Positions 8,945-18,263 of a DNA stretch of 63,784 nt are shown here, one piece after another (the first letter of the stretch is position 1; the number at the start of each line of letters is the position of its first letter). The stretch is from Acidobacteriaceae bacterium (GTDB lineage: Bacteria > Acidobacteriota > Terriglobia > Terriglobales > Acidobacteriaceae), in assembly GCA_030037475.1 (NCBI GenBank), contig JASHRH010000167.1, positions 1 to 63,784 on the forward strand, in the 5' to 3' direction. The translations under genes were made by a program, and so were the position numbers. The notes below the pieces were generated by a model. That model saw only the letters and a program-made list of their open reading frames with translations, was not told the DNA's origin and did no database searches.

Positions 8945-11100
8945 ATCGCCGCGCTCTCCTGATTATGGTTCTCGGTCGTCCAGATTTGCCGTTCCACATC
9001 AAAGCTTGTGCTGGTAGCCTGCAGCTGATCTTCAAGAGAAATGGGCCAGTCCGCACCCTCACAAAGTGTGTTCGCCACAGCCTCAAGTTCCTCAAGCTGT
9101 CCTTTTTGAACGAATTTGGACGCCCACCCGGAGCGTCGCGAACCGGCAATACTGATGCATTTGAAGTCGTCCATCGATATGACAAAGCCGCCGGCGAAGA
9201 TTTCCATCTGCTCCTTGGGAAATTGGCTGCTGCCCTGAGCCGTATACGTTAAGGTGCAAATAGACCCGTCTTCGTAGCCAATGACCGCAACGAAGTTGTC
9301 ATTGCGAGTCCATTGCTTAGAATGGGGTGCAATCGACCGTGCGTCAACGCTGCACACTCGCGATCCTGTAAGATAGTTAAAGAGGTCATAGATGTGGCAG
9401 GCTTCGCCGATATTGCGGCCGCCGCCCTCGAGTCCGTGTATCCAATGAGTGAGTGGAGTGTAGCCAGCGTTCATGCGATAATTAACAATCAAGGGCGTCG
9501 TTACATCAGCCAGCAAATCCTTTGCCTTGCGCATGGCGGGAGAAAAGCGGCGATTGAAACCCGTACACAGCAGGCGCCCCGAGTCGTGACCAGCAAAGAA
9601 TTCGGCAATAGCAGCTAGCTCCCCATCGTTCATGGCTAGCGGCTTTTCAACAAGGACATGTTTTCCAGCGTGCAAAGCTTCAAGCGCCAGACGGGCGTGA
9701 AGATTGTGTCGAGTGGCGATAAGAACCAAGTCAACATCGGGGGATTCCAGTACACGTTCGTACTCCGTAGTGCTGAAGGACGCGCCGAATTGTTCGGCGA
9801 CTGCTTTAGCCGTAGCTCCAGTGCGGCTGGCAACGCAGTAAAGCTGGTATTTCCTGCGCAAACGGACCATGTTTGGCAAGTGCATGCCTTGAGCGAAGCT
9901 GCCTGCGCCGATGAGGCCGACACGGATACGATCGGCCTTGATGGCAGCCGTACGGAAGATGACCCGCTGTAGTGCCTCTGGCCGGTCAGGATAGCTGAGG
10001 ATAGCGATGACAGGTCGTCTCTCGGCGCGTTGGAGGTCGGAGTAGGCTTGGGGGGCTTGGTCAATTTCGTAGGGCTTACCGATTAGGTTACGGAGGCGAA
10101 CCCGACCTTGGGCCACTAAGTATAGATAACTATCCATATTGCGATTCTCAGTCCATCGAACGTAAGGGAGAGGGTAATCGTGTCCGTCTTCCTCATAGAC
10201 AGGGTCGTAGCGTCCAGGACCGTACGAGCAGGAGATCAGGAAGTCGATCTCTTTAGTGTAGAAGTCAGAACGCCTGAGATGCAGACCAACATCGCCGACA
10301 AGCACGATACGCCCCTTCTTGCGGCACGCAATGGCTGCATCGCTTACAATCTGGTCCGTGGAGGAGGCGGCTGTAATAATCACGGCGTCGGCGCCGAAGC
10401 CGCTGGTAGCGTGCCTGACCACCTCGCAGTAGTTGTCCGTCGCCGCGTTGAGCCCATTTGCCAAGCCGTTCTGAAGGGCTAAATCGATTCGATGTTGGTC
10501 CGTATCGACCCCAATGACTCTACAGCCGTTCGCGGTCAGTAACTGAGCCACGATTTGGCCAAGGACGCCAAGGCCCACGACCACGATGGTTTCGCCCAAC
10601 GTCGGCTGTGCACGGCGAACTCCCTGCATAGCGATGGAACCCAGCGTGACCGTAGATGCCTCGTCCAGCGCCAGACAGTCCGGGACCTTTGCCGCCAAGT
10701 TTACCGGCACCGCGATTATCTCAGCATGACAGGCTATCCCCGCGCCAGCGCAGGCAACCCGGTCGCCGACTGAGAATCCTTCAACGGTTTCTCCAACGGC
10801 AATCACCTCCCCGGCTGCGGAATAGCCGCTTGCATTGCCCGCTGCCAGCTTGCCCTGAACGCGATTCAGGGTGCGCCGAAAGCCCTGATCCCGAATCATC
10901 CCCAGCATGCGCCGGGCCTGCTCCGGCTGCTTAAGCACGCGCCGGTACAATGACATCCCGGAATTTGTAACCGAGGAAAGCTCGGTGCCCGTGCTGATGC
11001 AAGAGTAGCGGACCCTGACAAGAATGCCGCTCGTCCCGGCCAGAGGGGCCGGGACTTCCTGCACCTGGGCAGTTCCGGACTTAAGCAGAACTTGCTTCAT
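8932..11100 (-). CDS. Bi-domain oxidoreductase: N-terminal zinc-type alcohol dehydrogenase (MDR) fused to C-terminal Gfo/Idh/MocA oxidoreductase
   Basis: The N-terminal half has an MDR-like fold with Rossmann motif VVGLGVLGQ. The C-terminal half begins RVGLIGAGSFAQGMHLPN... and continues ...LVLIATRHNLHA...GKHVLVEKPLA, which is the Gfo/Idh/MocA signature. Its stop overlaps the downstream AsnB-like start by 13 nt. Confidence 0.8.
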   Translation of the reverse strand: MKQVLLKSGTAQVQEVPAPLAGTSGILVRVRYSCISTGTELSSVTNSGMSLYRRVLKQPEQARRMLGMIRDQGFRRTLNRVQGKLAAGNASGYSAAGEVIAVGETVEGFSVGDRVACAGAGIACHAEIIAVPVNLAAKVPDCLALDEASTVTLGSIAMQGVRRAQPTLGETIVVVGLGVLGQIVAQLLTANGCRVIGVDTDQHRIDLALQNGLANGLNAATDNYCEVVRHATSGFGADAVIITAASSTDQIVSDAAIACRKKGRIVLVGDVGLHLRRSDFYTKEIDFLISCSYGPGRYDPVYEEDGHDYPLPYVRWTENRNMDSYLYLVAQGRVRLRNLIGKPYEIDQAPQAYSDLQRAERRPVIAILSYPDRPEALQRVIFRTAAIKADRIRVGLIGAGSFAQGMHLPNMVRLRRKYQLYCVASRTGATAKAVAEQFGASFSTTEYERVLESPDVDLVLIATRHNLHARLALEALHAGKHVLVEKPLAMNDGELAAIAEFFAGHDSGRLLCTGFNRRFSPAMRKAKDLLADVTTPLIVNYRMNAGYTPLTHWIHGLEGGGRNIGEACHIYDLFNYLTGSRVCSVDARSIAPHSKQWTRNDNFVAVIGYEDGSICTLTYTAQGSSQFPKEQMEIFAGGFVISMDDFKCISIAGSRRSGWASKFVQKGQLEELEAVANTLCEGADWPISLEDQLQATSTSFDVERQIWTTENHNQESAAICAE

Positions 11101-11197
11101 GGAAGTCTCATCTGATGATTGCTAATGGATATTCCTCGATAAATCTAGAGAGTAAGGCGCGGGGCGCGGCAGCGTCGCGCTCGCCTCAAAAACTCAG

Positions 11198-12205
11198 CTA
11201 GTAGACCGCAGTAGCATAGATCGACGCCTCTGCCGCTGCCGCCAATATGCCTTGCGTGCTTGTGAAGGTCGATCTGAATTTATTCGTCGGGATGAACAGA
11301 ATATCTTCAGGATGGAGCTGCACGTCTGGAGTCTTTCCTCGGACGATTCTGTTGTACGGTAGCTCAACTTCTGCTACCACGCCATCACGCTCCTTTTGCA
11401 TCACGTAGATCTTTCGCGTAGAGGCAATATAGCTGGTGCCCCCCGCAAGGGCCACCGCCTGCAGGATAGTTAGCGACCCGCTCTCCTGCATGATATAGCC
11501 TCCGGGCCGGTTTACCGCACCCAGTACAAAGACGACGCCAGCGCGTTTCACTTCCACGATATCACCGGGGTCCACGATCGTGTGGTTGGCCACACTCGTG
11601 TCAGCTTGCTTCGAATATGGCACCTCCTCAGTAGCTTCTTTACCGGCCTTATGAGTGATCATGATCTGACTGCCGGCCAGCAAAGTGGTGCCCCCCGCCA
11701 TCGCGAGTACGTCAGCTAGTTTGGTCGGCGCAAGCAGTGGATATTCTCCAGGAGCACCAACCTCACCCATAACGATGACGTGGGGAACTGTATACTCAAG
11801 GACATCTACCTCAACCAGCGGGTTGCGCAGAAGACCATCATCGATAAGTTTCTGTTTGATCGCAATGCGCGCCTCTTCGGCAGTTTCTCCGGCGACGTGC
11901 AGTTGCCCAAGTTGGGGGATATTGATATCTCCGCTCCGATCAACTCGGAAGCTTCCCGAGAAATCCGAATCGTCGGCCACATGTACACCAATGAGAAACC
12001 CGGGGGTGAGCTTCAGCATTTCGAAGTTTTCAGGCAGGGCCGCGGGGCCTGAGTGCAGTCCCATTAACGCATCCGAGTGCGACTTCGGCGTCTCACTGCT
12101 CTGGGTAGTAAGCCTCTGCTGCAGGTCCACTTGGCCTATGGCTTCACTCAGCGGCAGCAAACCGGCCACGCCCGCCAGTACGATCAGTCGAAAGCTCTTA
12201 AACAT
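11198..12205 (-). CDS. wza: Polysaccharide export outer-membrane protein, Wza-like (Poly_export + SLBB domains)
   Basis: Start chosen at MFKSFRLIVLAGVAGLLPLSEAIGQ, which is a signal peptide. ...GDINIPQLGQLHVAGETAEEARIAIKQKL... is Poly_export-like. ...VIVMGEVGAPGEYPL... and ...VFVLGAVNRPGGY... are SLBB-like. The ATG overlaps the wzc stop by 8 nt (ATGTTTAA). Confidence 0.8.
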   Translation of the reverse strand: MFKSFRLIVLAGVAGLLPLSEAIGQVDLQQRLTTQSSETPKSHSDALMGLHSGPAALPENFEMLKLTPGFLIGVHVADDSDFSGSFRVDRSGDINIPQLGQLHVAGETAEEARIAIKQKLIDDGLLRNPLVEVDVLEYTVPHVIVMGEVGAPGEYPLLAPTKLADVLAMAGGTTLLAGSQIMITHKAGKEATEEVPYSKQADTSVANHTIVDPGDIVEVKRAGVVFVLGAVNRPGGYIMQESGSLTILQAVALAGGTSYIASTRKIYVMQKERDGVVAEVELPYNRIVRGKTPDVQLHPEDILFIPTNKFRSTFTSTQGILAAAAEASIYATAVY

Positions 12206-14555
12206 CGGATGACTCCCCGCCTTCGTAGTACGATCCATAGAACTTGTGGCTATATCCATACTCGTAGTCATAGCCGTAAGGGTCCAAGTGCCGCGTAACC
12301 CCATTCAAGAGAAACCCGATTACAGGCATTCTGGCCTGCTCGATCAACCGCATTGCACGCCGGAGCAATGGCCGCGGCGTAAAGCCAGCCCGCGCAATCC
12401 AGATGACAGCGTCCATGTGCGATGCAATGGATGCCGCATCAGTCAGCATCAGAGCCGGGGGACTGTCAATGATAACCACATCGTAATTCGCCCGAAGCAT
12501 CTGCAACAACTCCACGAACGCGACCGACCCGAGAAGCTCCGACGGAAGCGGTGGCCGGGGACCCGCGGGAAGAATATCCAGTCGGTCGACGGCAGCCGAA
12601 TGGATCACCGTATCAGCGAATGTAGAAAGTCCGGAGAGAACACTGCTCAACCCCACATCGTTGGAGACCTCGAGTACATGCCGCATGGTCGGTCGTCGCA
12701 TATCCGCCTCGACAATGATCACTCTCTTTCCATATTGGGCAAAGGTCACTGCAAGGTTGCTTGTGACCGTGCTCTTGCCTTCCCCGGGAAGACAACTAGT
12801 GATGAGCAGAACCCTAGGGCCGCCGTTTGGGCGAGAGAGCAACACCGACGTTCGCAGCGAGCGGAAGGACTCGGTCTGCCCTGAATTAGGATGCGTGAGA
12901 ACTATGAGGCTCGGGTCTTTAAGAGCGGAGCCATCGCCTTCCACCCCTTCTATTCTCGCTTTCGGTCGACGCGAGCCGACCTGACCAGCACGGAGATCCG
13001 GAATGACTCCGAGAACCGGGATTCCAGTAAGCTCCTCCACATCTGTATTGCTGACCACGATATGATGTGCTTTATCGGCTAAGTATACCACGTTGATGCC
13101 CAACAACAAGCCGAGGAGTACAGCCAGCTCAAGGTTGAGGGCGCGGCGTGGGCTGACCGGTGCTCCCTGTGGCCGGGCCGGGTCGACTACTGTAATGTTG
13201 GTTGCCTTAATCCCAGCCACAATATTCGCCTCCTGCAGACGCGTGTACAGGTCTTCGTAGAGCTTTCTGCTCGAGACCGCCTCCTGACTGAGCAAAGCCA
13301 ACTGCACCGTCTTATCGTTAAGTTTGCTTGCCTCGTTCTGCTGTTGTTCAAAGCGGGCACGAATCTGGCTTTCCGTTTGTTGTGCCAGTTCGAGATCGAC
13401 TTTCGCTTGATCCGCAAAACTGCGAAGCTCCTGCAGAATCTGATCATTCACAGTATGGAACTGCAATTCGACATCTTTGAGATGTCGGTTGTTGGGGCCA
13501 TAGACACTGAGTGCTTCCGTCAACTTTTCCTTGAGATCCAGTTTCCGTTGCTGAAGGAACTCCAGATTCTGTAATTCCCCGGAGGAAATCACCGCGCCCG
13601 AACTTATTTCGTTTGATGGGTTGCTCGCCACAGCCAAAAGCGTCTCGATGTTTCCGGATCTTGCCAGCTGGTAAATTGCTTCCTTCTCAATCCGGCTCGT
13701 CTCCGCAGCTGTCAGGTTACTGTTGAGGATGTTCAGCTTCTGTATGACGGGATTGGGCGCTAAAACGCCGCTGGTAGCCTCTGCATCCGGCGCAACGCCC
13801 CCGCCTTGCAGAGTGAGAATGCCGGATGCCTGTTCGAAATCGGTTAGTCTCTTCTCGGATCTCTCGACATTTGTCTTCAGTGTGGTCAGCTGCTGCGCCA
13901 GCCAGTTTGAGGCTTGACTTGTGGCATTGTAACGCGATTGCAGATATTGCGTTTGATAGCTGTCGATTAGCGCGTTGGCAATTCGGGCGGCCTGCTTGGG
14001 ATCCTGGCTCCTGAACGTCACCTGAATCAGGCGCGTGCCTTCAATTGGCGATACAGAGAGATATTTCTCGAAAATGTCAATGAGGCGACTTCGCTGGGCT
14101 GGATCATCCTCCCACGGTGGTAGCGGTTTGTCGTCCTTTCGGCGTGCCACCAGAAACGGGGACTGTGAAGCAAGGTTTAGCTTTCGCAGGACATCGATTG
14201 CCAGAGAATCGCTCTTCAGGATTGAGATCTCCGTCTTCAGGTCGGTGGTTAACGCCGGCCCAACCGAACCGACATCATCGCCCATCATGGCATCAAGGCC
14301 CAGACTGCTAGGGCCGTTATCACGGTTCAGCTCAATGGTTGCGGTTGCCTCGTACATCGGCGTCGAAATCGTATTGACCATCAAAGCCAGTACGATGCAG
14401 CACGCAATCACCCCGACGAACAACCATCGCCGCCGCATCATCACACGGACAACACTGCGTAGGTCCTGCGATTGCGGCTCCCACTGCTTCCGCTGAACCT
14501 TAAAACCGGCTCCTGGGTATTCATCGAGAGGAGAAAGTACTTGATTGCTCAACAC
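12198..14555 (-). CDS. wzc: Polysaccharide co-polymerase / BY-tyrosine kinase, Wzc/GumC-like (PCP-2a)
   Basis: N-terminal Wzz-type TM segment is followed by a long coiled-coil periplasmic region and a second TM. The C-terminal P-loop kinase has Walker A SCLPGEGKST and the DSPP motif VIIDSPPAL. The tail is Tyr-rich: DPYGYDYEYGYSHKFYGSYYEGG. GTG start. Confidence 0.85.
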   Translation of the reverse strand: MLSNQVLSPLDEYPGAGFKVQRKQWEPQSQDLRSVVRVMMRRRWLFVGVIACCIVLALMVNTISTPMYEATATIELNRDNGPSSLGLDAMMGDDVGSVGPALTTDLKTEISILKSDSLAIDVLRKLNLASQSPFLVARRKDDKPLPPWEDDPAQRSRLIDIFEKYLSVSPIEGTRLIQVTFRSQDPKQAARIANALIDSYQTQYLQSRYNATSQASNWLAQQLTTLKTNVERSEKRLTDFEQASGILTLQGGGVAPDAEATSGVLAPNPVIQKLNILNSNLTAAETSRIEKEAIYQLARSGNIETLLAVASNPSNEISSGAVISSGELQNLEFLQQRKLDLKEKLTEALSVYGPNNRHLKDVELQFHTVNDQILQELRSFADQAKVDLELAQQTESQIRARFEQQQNEASKLNDKTVQLALLSQEAVSSRKLYEDLYTRLQEANIVAGIKATNITVVDPARPQGAPVSPRRALNLELAVLLGLLLGINVVYLADKAHHIVVSNTDVEELTGIPVLGVIPDLRAGQVGSRRPKARIEGVEGDGSALKDPSLIVLTHPNSGQTESFRSLRTSVLLSRPNGGPRVLLITSCLPGEGKSTVTSNLAVTFAQYGKRVIIVEADMRRPTMRHVLEVSNDVGLSSVLSGLSTFADTVIHSAAVDRLDILPAGPRPPLPSELLGSVAFVELLQMLRANYDVVIIDSPPALMLTDAASIASHMDAVIWIARAGFTPRPLLRRAMRLIEQARMPVIGFLLNGVTRHLDPYGYDYEYGYSHKFYGSYYEGGESSDV

Positions 14556-14567
14556 ATCACCCTTTTA

Positions 14568-15836
14568 TTATCGTTGCGTGATCAAACTGCATGCGCGCAA
14601 GTTGTCGTCTTCCTGTTGATCTTGACTTGCAGAGCTCAGAGGAACCGTAGCGGCCCGGGCAGCAGTCTCACAAAGCGCCTGTGCCGCATAGTTGATTTGT
14701 TCGACTGCAAGTGTTGGATGCACCTGCAGCATGATCGCTGTTTCGCCAAGCTCCCGTGCCACTGAGAGCCGCGTGGCGGGCCGCCATTGTTTCGGGAACG
14801 CCTGTTCCAGATAGATCTCACCGCAGCTCCCCGTGAAACACGGTACACCGCGGGCATTTACCTCCGCTACTATGCGATCGCGGCTCCAACCGGTACAGAG
14901 TTCCTCCGGTCTTACGAAGACATAGTATTTATAGCAAGAGTGACCGATATCCGGCGGAGGAATGGTAACACGCAACCCCGGTACCGTAGCCAGTGCAGTG
15001 TTGAGAATCCCCGCGTGCTTACGTCTTCTTTCAACCCACCTCGGTAACTTGCGTAGCTGGATGCGACCGATTGCCGCCTGTATCTCAGTCATACGCCAGT
15101 TGGTGCCGAACGACTCATGCAGCCAGCGAAAACCAGGCGCATGGTCTCTACGGTAAACTGCATCATAGCTCTTGCCGTGATCTTTCAGTCCCCATGCCCG
15201 CTCATACAGATTTTCGGAGTTGAGCGTGAGTATGCCACCTTCGCCTCCCGTCGTCATGATCTTATCTTGGCAAAATGAAAATGCCGCCATGTCGCCGAGC
15301 GAGCCCACCGGCCGACCTTTGTACGTCGCGCCATGCGACTGCGCACAATCCTCGATTACGAACACATTGCGAGAACGGCCCAGCTCGAGAATTGAATCCA
15401 TATCGCATGGCCATCCCGCCAAGTGCACCGCGACAATCGCCTTGGTGCGCGGCGTCATCACGCGCGCGATACTCTCGGCTGTGATGTTCTGGCTCTCCCG
15501 GTCGATGTCTGCCATGACGGGCCTTGCACCAACCATGACAGCGCAACTTGCCGAGGCAACAAATGTGCGAGGAGTTGTGATTACTTCGTCGCCTGGTCCC
15601 ACGCCCAAGGTCCGCAGAGCGAGTTCCAGCGCCACGGTTCCGTTTGCCACAGCCACCGCATACTTGCAGCCGGCCGCGCGAGCAAACTCTTTTTCGAATT
15701 CCCTGCCTTCTTCGCCAGTCCAGTAATTAACCTTGCCCGATTTCAGGACTCGGGTCGCGGCTTCGATTTCATCGGGGGCAAAATATGGCCAAGGCGCGTC
15801 AGCCACACCAGGCTGAGCGGGCTTTTGTGCGTTCAT
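14568..15836 (-). CDS. DegT/DnrJ/EryC1/StrS-family PLP-dependent sugar aminotransferase
   Basis: ...YFAPDEIEAATRVLKSGKVNYWTGEEGREFEKEFA... is present. ...AAFSFCQDKIMTTGGEGG... is the PLP-lysine region. ATG start. Confidence 0.9.
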   Translation of the reverse strand: MNAQKPAQPGVADAPWPYFAPDEIEAATRVLKSGKVNYWTGEEGREFEKEFARAAGCKYAVAVANGTVALELALRTLGVGPGDEVITTPRTFVASASCAVMVGARPVMADIDRESQNITAESIARVMTPRTKAIVAVHLAGWPCDMDSILELGRSRNVFVIEDCAQSHGATYKGRPVGSLGDMAAFSFCQDKIMTTGGEGGILTLNSENLYERAWGLKDHGKSYDAVYRRDHAPGFRWLHESFGTNWRMTEIQAAIGRIQLRKLPRWVERRRKHAGILNTALATVPGLRVTIPPPDIGHSCYKYYVFVRPEELCTGWSRDRIVAEVNARGVPCFTGSCGEIYLEQAFPKQWRPATRLSVARELGETAIMLQVHPTLAVEQINYAAQALCETAARAATVPLSSASQDQQEDDNLRACSLITQR

Positions 15837-15880
15837 AAACTCTCTCTGTACACGATTTCAGAAGACGCCCGCTGCGCACG

Positions 15881-16987
15881 TCACTCTTTCTTGGCTGCTT
15901 CCGTCGGGATGGCACCCATGCACTCTAACCACGAGCGATGGAAGTGAATAATACGAATTTCCTCATCGCTGAGCATACCGACACTGTTTGTCTGCCCGAC
16001 AGCGCGCTGCACCGATTCGCATACGACCTGATCCTCAATCAGTACCTTACGGTTGAAGTCGCAGGCAGCCTCATGCAAAATGCCCATCATCATGGGCTTT
16101 ATTTTGGCTCCTGGATCCGGTTCACGATGAAACAGATGGCTTACTAGACGAGTACGATCCAAAGCCAGAGGATCGAGACGCTGCACGCTGTAAACGATGC
16201 CATGCGATGTTGACATGAGAAATGCTGGAAAGATATGGAGGTGATAGTAGCCCTTAGTGTGAACCGGACGCGCATCGAACGAGGCCAGGAAGTCATGGTT
16301 TTTGCGATCCTGTCTATCGAATGGACTGTCGGCGTGAGAATGCATACCGTGGAGTCCATAATCGCCGAAAGTCAAGCCCAGCTTGGCGAATGTCTCCGCG
16401 TGAACGAATCCAATGTGGTAACCCTCAAGGGTGTTCTCGACTACGATCTTCCAGTTACAGGCCAATTCCATCTCAAACCGGCCGATTTCCCGACCCATAT
16501 TGTCGGTCATTGTCTCGAGAATGGAAAAGTACTCACCCATCCACTCGCGCAAAGACGGGCCCGACTCTTTCACACGTATGAAGACTAGACGGCCACATTG
16601 CTCCAACGCGACAGACTGCAAAGCAAGACCACAGATAACTTCCGGTGAAAGATTCTCGAATTTCGGGCGCGCCGGAATCCCTGTCGGAACCCCCGCGCTA
16701 TCATAGGTCCAGCCATGATAGGGACAGCGAAATGGCCCATTGCCTCTAGGCTCGCAGTGAATTTGACTGAACCGGTGTGAGCAGACGTTGACAAACGCGC
16801 GCAACTGGCCCTTGAAATTCCGGATCAATACTGATTTACGCCCTGCTGGCACCACGACGTAGTCATTATCCGCCGCCAGATCGTCGAGAACACACGCGAA
16901 TCTCCAACTTCTCTCAAACAAGAGTTCCTCCTCGCTGGCGAATAAGCCCGAATCGCAGTAGCCTTTTGCCGAAATCAGCCCTTTCAT
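15881..16987 (-). CDS. Rieske [2Fe-2S] non-heme-iron oxygenase, alpha-subunit type (no beta subunit or reductase nearby)
   Basis: Rieske motif CSHRFSQIHCEPRGNGPFRCPYHGW (C-x-H-x16-C-x2-H). Mononuclear-iron motif NTLEGYHIGFVH (H-x4-H). Start set at MKGLISAKGY because its ATG forms an ATGA overlap with the upstream KAS III stop (16984-16987). The longest ORF form starts at 17014. Confidence 0.85.
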   Translation of the reverse strand: MKGLISAKGYCDSGLFASEEELLFERSWRFACVLDDLAADNDYVVVPAGRKSVLIRNFKGQLRAFVNVCSHRFSQIHCEPRGNGPFRCPYHGWTYDSAGVPTGIPARPKFENLSPEVICGLALQSVALEQCGRLVFIRVKESGPSLREWMGEYFSILETMTDNMGREIGRFEMELACNWKIVVENTLEGYHIGFVHAETFAKLGLTFGDYGLHGMHSHADSPFDRQDRKNHDFLASFDARPVHTKGYYHLHIFPAFLMSTSHGIVYSVQRLDPLALDRTRLVSHLFHREPDPGAKIKPMMMGILHEAACDFNRKVLIEDQVVCESVQRAVGQTNSVGMLSDEEIRIIHFHRSWLECMGAIPTEAAKKE

Positions 16988-18009
16988 TGATATTTCCTGA
17001 ACACGTTGCTCCACTCAAGCATGCATGCGCCCCACGAGTAGCCAACGCCAAAGCCGACCAGCATAGCCAGATCTCCGTCACGCATGCGGTCAGCGGCGGC
17101 CTGAAGCGTGATAGGAATCGTATTGCTCACGGTGTTCCCAACCTCCTCGACGAACAACGGTGCCCTACCTTCTGGTATTTTCAGAGCATTGCACAGCTTT
17201 CCATTCATGAATGCATTAGCCTGATGAAAAATAAACCAATTAATGCAGTCCATTGTGGTTTCGGATTTGGCAATGAGAGCCCTGACCACCTCCGGCACTC
17301 TCTTAAGGGTAAACGCAAACACCTCCTGACCATTCATCCAAAGATTCTCTTCCGAGCGCATGCATCCCTGATCGTCGACTCTCTCTTCCCGAGTTAGCGC
17401 GCTTCGGGGCTTTCGCGCTGCGCCAGATGGCACAATCAAATTGTTAAAACCACTGCCGTCAGTACCCAGAACAAAGTCCCCTATTATTGAACCAGGCCCC
17501 TCAGCACCAATCAGCGTAGCGCTTCCGGCGTCCCCAAAAAGTACTCGAACACTACGATCACGAGGATGGATGAATTTGCTGTATGTTTCTCCGGTCAACA
17601 GCAGAACGTTCTTAGCCATTCCGGCCCTGATCATCGACTTGGCGATAAACAAGCCATAGACATAACCAGAGCAGCCCTGGTTAAAGTCAAGCGCCGCACA
17701 GGATGTTGGAAGACCCAGGCGATCCTGTAGTACGCAGGCAGTGGCCGGAAGAAAGTAGTCCGGGCTCTGAGTGCAAAATAGCAAAACGTCGATACGGCGA
17801 GGGAGATCGCTGCCCGCTAACAGCTTCTCAGCAGCAGCGAAGGCCAAATCCGACGCCGTTTCATCTTCTTTCGCGATTCGTCGGTTCCGAATTCCAATCT
17901 TCCGGGTTAAGCGATCCAGGTCCCAGTCTAAGTTTTCACGAGCGAGTTGTTCGTTCGTAAGTCGCCCTTGCGGTAGATGAACGGCTATTCGCTTCAAGTA
18001 GACGTTCAT
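16984..18009 (-). CDS. 3-oxoacyl-ACP synthase III (FabH-like, KAS III) paralog 1
   Basis: The Cys-His-Asn triad contexts are intact: NQGCSGYVYG, FIFHQAN and VGNTVSNTIP. ATG start 6 nt after the ACP stop. Confidence 0.85.
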   Translation of the reverse strand: MNVYLKRIAVHLPQGRLTNEQLARENLDWDLDRLTRKIGIRNRRIAKEDETASDLAFAAAEKLLAGSDLPRRIDVLLFCTQSPDYFLPATACVLQDRLGLPTSCAALDFNQGCSGYVYGLFIAKSMIRAGMAKNVLLLTGETYSKFIHPRDRSVRVLFGDAGSATLIGAEGPGSIIGDFVLGTDGSGFNNLIVPSGAARKPRSALTREERVDDQGCMRSEENLWMNGQEVFAFTLKRVPEVVRALIAKSETTMDCINWFIFHQANAFMNGKLCNALKIPEGRAPLFVEEVGNTVSNTIPITLQAAADRMRDGDLAMLVGFGVGYSWGACMLEWSNVFRKYQ

Positions 18010-18015
18010 TCCAGT

Positions 18016-18255
18016 TTAGGAAATAACCATCGCCCTAGAACGGATGTGTTCGATTAGCTCTTCCACCGTCACAAAGGAACGAATTTTTCGAGGTTCCAAT
18101 TGAAGGGCGTACCTCTCATCGAGAAGAGACATGATGGTAAGCCAAACGAGCGAGTTCCATTCGGGAATGCTTGCGATGGTCGTCTCCGGAACAATGTCCG
18201 CGGGATTGACCTCAAGAGCCTCGGCAATAAGCTCTATAAGTTCGTCGGTTGTCAT
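18016..18255 (-). CDS. Acyl carrier protein (phosphopantetheine-binding)
   Basis: 79 aa and acidic. The putative attachment serine lies in ...IPEWNSLVWLTIMSLL..., an N-S-L variant of the DSL motif. The start is preceded by TTTAGGAGATCGT-ATG, an AGGAG Shine-Dalgarno sequence that overlaps the upstream TAG stop. Confidence 0.75.
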   Translation of the reverse strand: MTTDELIELIAEALEVNPADIVPETTIASIPEWNSLVWLTIMSLLDERYALQLEPRKIRSFVTVEELIEHIRSRAMVIS

Positions 18256-18263
18256 ACGATCTC

